Below are positions 56,788 through 64,000 of a stretch of 64,000 nt of DNA, piece after piece. Position numbers and translations under genes: made by a program. The stretch is from positions 44,422-108,421 of IMG/VR virus record IMGVR_UViG_2706794911_000004; one strand, 5' to 3'. The notes beneath the pieces are model-generated. The model was given only the letters and a program-made list of their open reading frames with translations, was not told the origin of the DNA and did not search any database. This stretch comes from a virus. Lineage: Duplodnaviria; Caudoviricetes. Each line of letters begins with the position of its first letter. The first letter of the stretch is position 1.

Positions 56788-58621
56788 AAAAATCGATACT
56801 AAAATAGGTGCTAGGGTTAAGCTAGAGTTTAGAAAGAACGAATTGATCGAGAGGGTACTTGCTACAATGAAAGGGGCTTTCTATGACAGGGTTACAAAAT
56901 CTTGGACTCTCCCCTACTCTGCCCGCCCCGATATAGAGAAAAAACTAGGTAACTTCCTACTCATATGGGAAGATGAAGATACCCCCTTCAATGGTGGTAT
57001 TGATATGTCCACTATCCCTATACAGCCAGTTGTACCAGGGTACAGTGTAGAGTATAACAAAGCAGGGGAAGTGGTGGGAGCGACTGGGTTCAAGGTTCCA
57101 CCGTATGGTGCTTTTCAAGTACAGGGTTTTAACATTATGGTAGAGAGAGACTTTGCTATTATTGGAGATCATATGGGTTTGGGGAAGACGTTTCAGTCAA
57201 TAACCGCAATAGAGGCTAGGAAGAAACTTGGTCAATTGCAAAGGTGCCTTGTGCTTACTAAGGCTACCCTGCTCTATAACTGGCGGGACGAGGTAGAAAA
57301 ATTCACAGATTGTAAAGCAGTAGTCTTAACAGGACCACCTAAGCAGAGACATAAAATGTTAATAGAGTTAGAAAAAGACACAAGCTGGACGTTCCTGATC
57401 ATGTCCTATGAGACGTATAGGATAGCTAACATTAGCGTAACAAGCATAGATGACGCTTTACCTATAGACGCACTACTCCTTGACGAAGCTCATAAAATAC
57501 GCAACCCCATGTCACGGATAGGACAGTGTGTTAACCATATCTACTTCAAGTATGTCTATCTACTCACCGCCACCCCTATTCTAAACACGCCACTGGAATC
57601 ATTTAACTATCTAAAACTAGGTAAGAAATTACCTGTAAGTGGTAGTAGTATTGTGCAGGAATGGTGGAATTTCAAGGACAGATATGCTGTCTACGGGGGG
57701 AGTAATGGCATGGAGCTTGTAGGGTATGATAACATAGGTGAGCTTAGACAGGTCATACAAGACAACATGATCAGAAGGCTGAAAAAAGACGTGCTTAAAG
57801 ACCTACCTGACGTAATGTTCAAAGATGTTAGGATAGAGCTTACTGCTGCGCAGAAGAAGATATACGATGCTGTACGAAAGGAAATTCTAGCAGACTTAGC
57901 GGAAACAGACTTAGAGAAAGTACCTTCCATGCTAGCTAAGATCACAAGACTACAGCAAGTAACGTCAGCTCTAGACAATGTTGGAATAGCGACCACAGCT
58001 TCTAACAATGCTAAGTTAAGTGCCCTTATGGATATTGTAGAAGATGCTGTTGAGGCGGGCGAGAAAGTGATCATATTCTCTAAGTTCCGCCCCACTATCG
58101 AACTGCTTACAGAAAAGTTTAAAAAGCTAAACCCTGCTGTAATTACAGGTGGTACTGACAGTCACGCACTTCCAGCAGACTTGGCAGTAGCAAAAGCAAA
58201 GAAGAAATACAAAGATTGGAATATGTGGGCGGAGGAAGATAGACAAAAAGTAATAAAAGATTTAACAACAAGTGATAGACAACTAGAAGTGTATAAGTTC
58301 CAAGGCGACGATACTTGTAAGGTGTTTATAGGTAGTATATTTGCTTGTGCAGAGGGTCTAACCCTTACTGCCGCCACCCACGTCATAAACTTTGACTATC
58401 CGTTCAATTGGGCAATATATGAACAGTCCTTTTCCAGATGCCATAGACTGGGACAAAAGAATGCTGTGACTGTCCATAATATCATGTGTTCAGGTACAGT
58501 AGATGAGAAGATTTTCCAGATTATTATGCTCAAGAAAGGCATCAGTGAATCGTTGCTCGACAGTAAGGTGGATAGCATAGAGCAACAAAAAGCTTTTGAT
58601 TTTGTAAAATCTGTAATTTAA
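56768..58621 (+). CDS. SNF2-family (HARP-like) helicase
   Basis: DHMGLGKT, DEAH, TATP, EKVIIFS, EGLTLTAA, SRCHRLGQ. Confidence 0.92.
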   Translation: MRMIKAKKIDTKIGARVKLEFRKNELIERVLATMKGAFYDRVTKSWTLPYSARPDIEKKLGNFLLIWEDEDTPFNGGIDMSTIPIQPVVPGYSVEYNKAGEVVGATGFKVPPYGAFQVQGFNIMVERDFAIIGDHMGLGKTFQSITAIEARKKLGQLQRCLVLTKATLLYNWRDEVEKFTDCKAVVLTGPPKQRHKMLIELEKDTSWTFLIMSYETYRIANISVTSIDDALPIDALLLDEAHKIRNPMSRIGQCVNHIYFKYVYLLTATPILNTPLESFNYLKLGKKLPVSGSSIVQEWWNFKDRYAVYGGSNGMELVGYDNIGELRQVIQDNMIRRLKKDVLKDLPDVMFKDVRIELTAAQKKIYDAVRKEILADLAETDLEKVPSMLAKITRLQQVTSALDNVGIATTASNNAKLSALMDIVEDAVEAGEKVIIFSKFRPTIELLTEKFKKLNPAVITGGTDSHALPADLAVAKAKKKYKDWNMWAEEDRQKVIKDLTTSDRQLEVYKFQGDDTCKVFIGSIFACAEGLTLTAATHVINFDYPFNWAIYEQSFSRCHRLGQKNAVTVHNIMCSGTVDEKIFQIIMLKKGISESLLDSKVDSIEQQKAFDFVKSVI

Positions 58622-58633
58622 TAAAATAGCACC

Positions 58634-58662
58634 TCAACTTTTCAGGGTCTTACCGGTAAGTA
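58634..58662 (+). promoter_or_regulatory. Phage promoter motif variant TCAAC-N16-GGTAAGTA
   Basis: Heads the operon leading into rtcB. Confidence 0.65.
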
Positions 58663-58682
58663 TTAATAGGAGGTGGTTTACC

Positions 58683-59084
58683 GTGAAAGACCCTTTTTTA
58701 ATAAAAGAAAACACGGAATTAGTAAAAGAGTATTTTAGGAGAAATCAGATTAAAAAAGAGCAGGAAGCTTGGTTAAAAAAGAGCAAGACAAAGGTGTTAG
58801 AGCTTATGGGAGACAGAGCTAAGGCTGATTTTGATGAGGTCAGGGTGTCTGTTGCTACTGTAGACAAGTCTAACTTTGATCTGGACTTAGTCTATGACTA
58901 CATCAAGGAACTCTCCCCCGCCCTGCTCCCAAAATGCACTAAGAAAGTAATTGACGAAGAACTTTTAGTTGGACTAATTGAAGCTGAGGAGATAGACTTA
59001 GACGAACTTAAAAAGGCCGCATGGGTGGCAAAAACACCAGAAACTAGGTTGACTCTAAAAGAGTTAGATGTAGACAATGATTAA
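58683..59084 (+). CDS. Hypothetical protein (helical; possible host-nuclease-inhibitor-like)
   Basis: GGAGG RBS; function is a guess. Confidence 0.55.
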   Translation: MKDPFLIKENTELVKEYFRRNQIKKEQEAWLKKSKTKVLELMGDRAKADFDEVRVSVATVDKSNFDLDLVYDYIKELSPALLPKCTKKVIDEELLVGLIEAEEIDLDELKKAAWVAKTPETRLTLKELDVDND

Positions 59085-59259
59085 GGTGGGAGATTTAGTT
59101 ATCATCTCCCCCGCCCACTCTGTCAAATTTGGTGGGTGGTGTGGACGAGTAGTGGCTATAGAACCTGAAGATGGTTTACCCGTTAAGGTAAAGTTTAATG
59201 AGCAAGTGTACGGATTTGACTTTGATGAATTGGGGGATGATGTATATGGCAAAAATTAA
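59077..59259 (+). CDS. Small KOW/SH3-like protein
   Basis: IKVGDLV...GRVV...VKF. Confidence 0.6.
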   Translation: MIKVGDLVIISPAHSVKFGGWCGRVVAIEPEDGLPVKVKFNEQVYGFDFDELGDDVYGKN

Positions 59260-59470
59260 AGAGGTTAGCGTTGAGGTGGCTTACCTTAAGTCGTTACCAA
59301 ATTATGAAAACGTAAGATTAACTGCTGGTGCTGTCGTAAATGTAGAGGAAGGTGACAAAACACAAGATGTGTATGGTAGAGCATGGGACATGGCGGGGCG
59401 AGAGATTGAAAATCAGTTAGAGTTGTTCAAGACAGAAGATAAGGGTAAAGCAAAAAAGGGACTTAAGTAG
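59246..59470 (+). CDS. Hypothetical protein
   Basis: MAKIKEVSV...LPNYENVR. Confidence 0.6.
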   Translation: MAKIKEVSVEVAYLKSLPNYENVRLTAGAVVNVEEGDKTQDVYGRAWDMAGREIENQLELFKTEDKGKAKKGLK

Positions 59471-59499
59471 TCCCCTTTTGCTTATATGGAGGTGCTGAT

Positions 59500-59670
59500 A
59501 TGAATGATGCAAGTGTTATGTTAAAAAAATTTGGGACAGTTGACATAAATAAAATCGTAAAAGGGCACAAAGTGGGAAATCTGTGGCATGTTTACGTTTA
59601 TGATGATTGGCACGTTGTACCTCAATGCGATGTTGAGGATATTCCAGGATATATTAAAAATAAATGTTGA
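59500..59670 (+). CDS. Small hypothetical protein (56 aa)
   Basis: GGAGG RBS. Confidence 0.5.
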   Translation: MNDASVMLKKFGTVDINKIVKGHKVGNLWHVYVYDDWHVVPQCDVEDIPGYIKNKC

Positions 59671-59719
59671 AATTTCAACATAATTAGACTAAAATTAAAT
59701 AAAAAATAGGAGGTACAAG

Positions 59720-60943
59720 ATGTTAGAGTTAAAAGGGAGATATAATGTAGCTAAAGTTTTTACAGATAATATAGAAGAAACAGCAATTGGAGAAATTATA
59801 AATTTATGCAATCAAGAATTTACAAAGGATAGTAAGATAAGGATAATGCCTGATGTTCATGCTGGTATGGGATGTGTTATAGGAACTACAATGACAATTA
59901 AAGATAAGATAGTACCGAATTTAGTTGGCGTTGACATTGGTTGTGGTATGGTTACTATAAAATTAGATGATGTAGATTTGGATTTACCTAAATTAGACCA
60001 ATTTATAAGAAGTAATATTCCTAGTGGATTCAATATAAATGAACATGCGCAGGTAGATTTTAAAGATGAAATAACTAATTTAAAATGTTTTAGAGATATA
60101 CCAAAGTCATCTAAAGAATTTAATAGAGCGTTAGGTTCGTTGGGTGGAGGGAATCATTTTATAGAAGTAGATATTGATGATGAAAACAACAAATATCTTA
60201 TAATTCATAGTGGTAGCAGAAATTTAGGAAATCAAGTTGCAAGATATTATCAAAATAAAGCATATGACTATCATAATGGTATAGATGAAAAATTTGAAGA
60301 AGCGAAATTGGAATTAATTAAAAATTATAAAGCAATGGGTAAAAGAAAAGAAATACAAAACGCATTAAAAAAATTACAATTAAAACATAAGAAAGAATGT
60401 AAAATACCAAAGGATTTATGTTACTTAGAAGGAATTTTAATGCAAAATTACTTACATGATATGAAAATTGTTCAACAGTATGCAAATTTAAATCGTAAAG
60501 TGATGGCAAAAAGAATTGTAGAAGAATGTTTGGGTTTGGAATATAATAAACTACATGTGTTCCAAACAATTCACAACTATATAGATTTAGAAAACATGAT
60601 TTTGAGAAAAGGTTCTATATCTGCTCAATGTGATGAAATAGTGTTGATTCCTATTAACATGAGAGATGGTTGTATAATAGCAAAAGGCAAAGGCAACCCT
60701 GAATGGAATTATTCAGCACCACATGGTGCAGGAAGATTGATGAGTAGAGGCAAAGCAAAAGAATTAATTATATTAAATGATTTTAAGGAAACAATGAAAG
60801 ATATTTATAGTTCTTCAGTTGGTGAACATACATTAGATGAAGCACCTATGGCATATAAACCTATAGAAGAAATTTTAAATAACATAGGTGATACAGTGGA
60901 GATTCTAAAAATAATTAAACCTATATATAACTTTAAGGCTTAA
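59720..60943 (+). CDS. rtcB: RtcB RNA 3'-phosphate/5'-OH ligase
   Basis: MPDVH, VGVDIGCG, GGGNHF, HSGSR, HNY, RKG, HGAGR, DEAPMAYK. Confidence 0.95.
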   Translation: MLELKGRYNVAKVFTDNIEETAIGEIINLCNQEFTKDSKIRIMPDVHAGMGCVIGTTMTIKDKIVPNLVGVDIGCGMVTIKLDDVDLDLPKLDQFIRSNIPSGFNINEHAQVDFKDEITNLKCFRDIPKSSKEFNRALGSLGGGNHFIEVDIDDENNKYLIIHSGSRNLGNQVARYYQNKAYDYHNGIDEKFEEAKLELIKNYKAMGKRKEIQNALKKLQLKHKKECKIPKDLCYLEGILMQNYLHDMKIVQQYANLNRKVMAKRIVEECLGLEYNKLHVFQTIHNYIDLENMILRKGSISAQCDEIVLIPINMRDGCIIAKGKGNPEWNYSAPHGAGRLMSRGKAKELIILNDFKETMKDIYSSSVGEHTLDEAPMAYKPIEEILNNIGDTVEILKIIKPIYNFKA

Positions 60944-60964
60944 TATTGATTAAAGGAGAGATAA

Positions 60965-61993
60965 ATGTTGGAATTACAACAAATAAAAAATAAATTAAAT
61001 TCAGAAGAATATAGTTTTTTAAGAGAAAGTGAACATTTGGGTAATAATATAATTTTACTTACTACAGGAGGTTCACATGCCTATGGTACAGATGTAGAAA
61101 CTTCGGATTTAGACATTAGGGGTATTGCACTAGAAAGAGAAAAAGAAATCTTAGGTTTATCTAATTTTGAACAGTTTGAGAACAATGCTACAGACACAAC
61201 TATTTATGGTCTTAAAAAAGTAGTAGGATTATTATTAAATTGTAATCCTAATGTTGTAGAAATGTTAGGAACAAAAGATGAACATTTATTTATATTATCG
61301 GAAGAAGGAAAATTATTAAGAGATAATGTAGATTTATTTTTGTCTAAAAAGGCAATGCATTCATTTGGAGGATATGCAACTGCTCAATTAAGAAGATTGC
61401 AAAATGCTTTAGCAAGAGATAATTATCCTCAAGTGGAAAAAGAAAAACATATATTTAATAGTATCATGACTCAAATTAAACATTTACAACAACACTATAC
61501 CGAATTTACCAATGAAGAAATTAAGCTATACATTGACAAATCAAATAAAGAAGATTATGAGGAAGAAATTTTCATGGATATTCAATTAACACACTATCCA
61601 TTGAGAGATTTTAAAAATATCTATTCTGAGATGGGAAATGTAGTTAAAGATTATGCTAAACTAAATCATAGGAATAAAAAGAAAGATGACTTGCATTTAA
61701 ACAAACATGCAATGCATCTTATTAGGTTGTTAATTATGGGAACTGAGTTACTAGAAGGAAAAGGCATCAATACTTACAGAGAAAAAGATGGTGATTTTTT
61801 ATTAGGAATTAGAAGTGGAAAATATCAAAAAGAAGATGGTTCATTTTACAGTGAATTCTTTGAAATGATAGATGAATATGAGAAGAAACTTAAATATGCA
61901 GCCGATAATTCACCATTGCCATCTAAACCAAATTTTAATAAAGTTGAAGAATTAGTTGTTGAAATTAATAGAAAGAATAGAATGGGTAGGTGA
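60965..61993 (+). CDS. Pol-beta-superfamily nucleotidyltransferase (RlaP-like)
   Basis: GGSHAYG...SDLDIRG; NPNVVEML; KHAMHLIRLL. Confidence 0.85.
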   Translation: MLELQQIKNKLNSEEYSFLRESEHLGNNIILLTTGGSHAYGTDVETSDLDIRGIALEREKEILGLSNFEQFENNATDTTIYGLKKVVGLLLNCNPNVVEMLGTKDEHLFILSEEGKLLRDNVDLFLSKKAMHSFGGYATAQLRRLQNALARDNYPQVEKEKHIFNSIMTQIKHLQQHYTEFTNEEIKLYIDKSNKEDYEEEIFMDIQLTHYPLRDFKNIYSEMGNVVKDYAKLNHRNKKKDDLHLNKHAMHLIRLLIMGTELLEGKGINTYREKDGDFLLGIRSGKYQKEDGSFYSEFFEMIDEYEKKLKYAADNSPLPSKPNFNKVEELVVEINRKNRMGR

Positions 61994-61999
61994 TAGTGT

Positions 62000-62643
62000 T
62001 TGGCTAAAGAAGATATATGTGAAATTTGTGGCAGTGAGAACCGTGTGAGAAGATATAAAAAAACGAATCAATGTCTTTGCGAAAAACATTATAAACAAAT
62101 GTACAATAAAGGTAGGATATCAGACAACTCCCCTAAAAGTATATATGAAAGAAACGAAATAATAATAAAAGATAATTATGCTGAAATCATTATTTTAGAT
62201 AGTTATTACAACCTTAAAGGAAAATGCTTGATATCTATTGATAAAATAGATTTAGTTAAAAAACATAAATGGAGAATTAATGGTCATGGGTACGTCTGTG
62301 GTATTTTAAATGGAAAAGAAGTACAAATACAAAAATTAATAATGGGAGAAGTTGAAGATGGCAAAGAAATCGACCACGTAAGCAGAGATAAATTAGACAA
62401 TAGAGATGAAAATTTAAGAGTTACAACACGAATTGAAAATAGTCAAAACAGAGGTATAGCTTCAAATAATACATCTGGGGGATTACAGGAGTGTGTTGGA
62501 AAAAGGATAGAAATAGATGGAGAGCTTATAAACAAGCACTTGAATTGGGGTTATATAAAAGATTTGAAGATGCGGTAAAAGTAAGAAAAGATGCTGAAAT
62601 GAAATATTTTGGAGAATTTGCTCCTAAAGGAGTTGAAAATTAG
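62000..62643 (+). pseudogene. HNH homing endonuclease with AP2 domain, frameshifted at a G5 tract
   Basis: IDHVSRDKLDNRDENLR; after GGGGG (62477..62481) another frame reads ITGVCW...WRAY...LGLY..FEDAV..R..AE.KYFGEFA. Confidence 0.75.
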
Positions 62644-62644
62644 A

Positions 62645-64000
62645 ATGTATAAATTAAATATAAAAATAAACATTCCAAGTTCAGTGAGTTATATAATGAA
62701 AACACTCGAAATGTTTAATTATGAAGTTTATATTGTAGGAGGGAGTGTAAGGGATAGTTTGTTAAAACGAATACCAAAAGATTGGGATGTGACAACAAAT
62801 GCTAGTCCAAGAGAGATAATTACAATTTTTAAAAGTTTGGATTGTAAAGTAGTAGAAACAGGACTAAAGCATGGTACAGTGACTGTAGTAATAAACAACA
62901 ATCATTATGAAGTAACGACATTTAGAATTGATGGAAAGTATTCGGACTGTAGAAAACCTGATTGTGTAAGTTTTACTGAATCATTAAAAGAAGATTTATC
63001 AAGAAGAGATTTTACTATTAATGCTATGGCATACAATAACAAGGTTGGTCTAATTGATTATTTTGAAGGCATTAAACATCTCAACAATAAGATTATAACG
63101 TCTGTAGGTAAACCCGATGATAGATTTAATGAGGATGCATTGCGAATGTTAAGAGCGGTTAGGTTATCTACTACTTTGGGTTTTAGTTTAGATTCTAAAA
63201 CATCCACATCAATCTTTAAAAACCGAAATTTAATCAAAAATATAAGTACGGAAAGAATAAGAGATGAGTTTATTAGGATTCTTATCCCGAGTAACCCACT
63301 ATCGGGAATTGAATTGCTTAGGTCGTTGGGATTGCTGGAGATTATACTACCGGAGTTTCAAAAATGCTATGGATTTGAACAGCGCAATCCAAATCATGAT
63401 AAGGATGTATATTATCATATATTGAATGTATTAGAAAATACATCTAATAAACTAGAGATAAGACTTGCAGCTTTACTACATGACATAGGGAAACCTAGTA
63501 CATTCACACTAGACGAAAACGGAATAGGACATTTCTACAAGCATCATTTGGAAAGCGAAGATATTACTAGAAAAGTATTAGACAGATTGAGATTTGACAA
63601 CAGGACGATTGATAATGTTTGTATATTGGTTAGAGAACATATGAGTAGATATGATTCTTTAAAAATAAAAAACGCTAAGAAGCTCATTAATCGAGTCGGT
63701 ATTGATAATCTTAATAGTTTATTTGAACTACAGATTGCAGATATTAAAGGATCAACAAATAGGGACAGTATAGATAAAGTATTAGATATGAAAGCTGCAT
63801 GTGAAAGAATCTTGAACGAAAAGCAGCCTCTATCTATTAAAGATTTAGATATTAATGGTAATGATCTGATTAAATTAGGATTTAAACAAGGTAAGCAAAT
63901 AGGGAAAGTACTAAATGAATTATTAGACGTTGTGTTGGAAGAACCCGAATTCAATAAAAAGGATAAGTTAATAGATTATGTAAAGTCAAAAATGACTTAG
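62645..64000 (+). CDS. cca: CCA-adding tRNA nucleotidyltransferase with HD domain
   Basis: GGSVRD...DWD, EVTTFR, RRDFTINAMA, EDALRMLR, LLHDIGK; ATG 62645 after AAGGAG. Confidence 0.93.
   Translation: MYKLNIKINIPSSVSYIMKTLEMFNYEVYIVGGSVRDSLLKRIPKDWDVTTNASPREIITIFKSLDCKVVETGLKHGTVTVVINNNHYEVTTFRIDGKYSDCRKPDCVSFTESLKEDLSRRDFTINAMAYNNKVGLIDYFEGIKHLNNKIITSVGKPDDRFNEDALRMLRAVRLSTTLGFSLDSKTSTSIFKNRNLIKNISTERIRDEFIRILIPSNPLSGIELLRSLGLLEIILPEFQKCYGFEQRNPNHDKDVYYHILNVLENTSNKLEIRLAALLHDIGKPSTFTLDENGIGHFYKHHLESEDITRKVLDRLRFDNRTIDNVCILVREHMSRYDSLKIKNAKKLINRVGIDNLNSLFELQIADIKGSTNRDSIDKVLDMKAACERILNEKQPLSIKDLDINGNDLIKLGFKQGKQIGKVLNELLDVVLEEPEFNKKDKLIDYVKSKMT

Noticed and set aside
1-64000. tRNA genes, integrase/att sites, reverse transcriptase/DGR, introns or inteins
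   Set aside because: None recognised by eye; terminase and helicase have normal lengths. tRNAscan and HMM searches would be needed to exclude them fully

Overview
This window is about 64 kb of a large tailed phage (siphovirus layout) of a spore-forming, probably S-layer-bearing Firmicute. No host genes, integrase, tRNA or CRISPR array were recognised. 1-30.5 kb (minus strand) is the virion module: terminase, portal, protease/scaffold, capsid, neck, an embedded lysis cassette, tail tube, frameshifted chaperones, tape measure and SLH- and M23-bearing tail-tip proteins. It is interrupted by a convergent initiator/DnaC-like replication block. 30.7-59.6 kb is an accessory region of small genes, including a transposase-less IS66 TnpA/TnpB-like pair, an orphan MazF, AbrB, a 3D protein, an M20/M28 peptidase and a SNF2 helicase. 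59.7-64 kb is an AT-rich RNA-repair cluster (RtcB, Pol-beta nucleotidyltransferase, HNH-AP2, CCA-adding enzyme). Non-coding structure includes a 13-copy TTAAC-N16-GGTAWRTA promoter motif, six 30-bp repeats, SigH-type promoters and a strongly over-represented, partly polarised CCCGCC/GGCGGG hexamer. All calls come from motifs read by eye; no searches were run.
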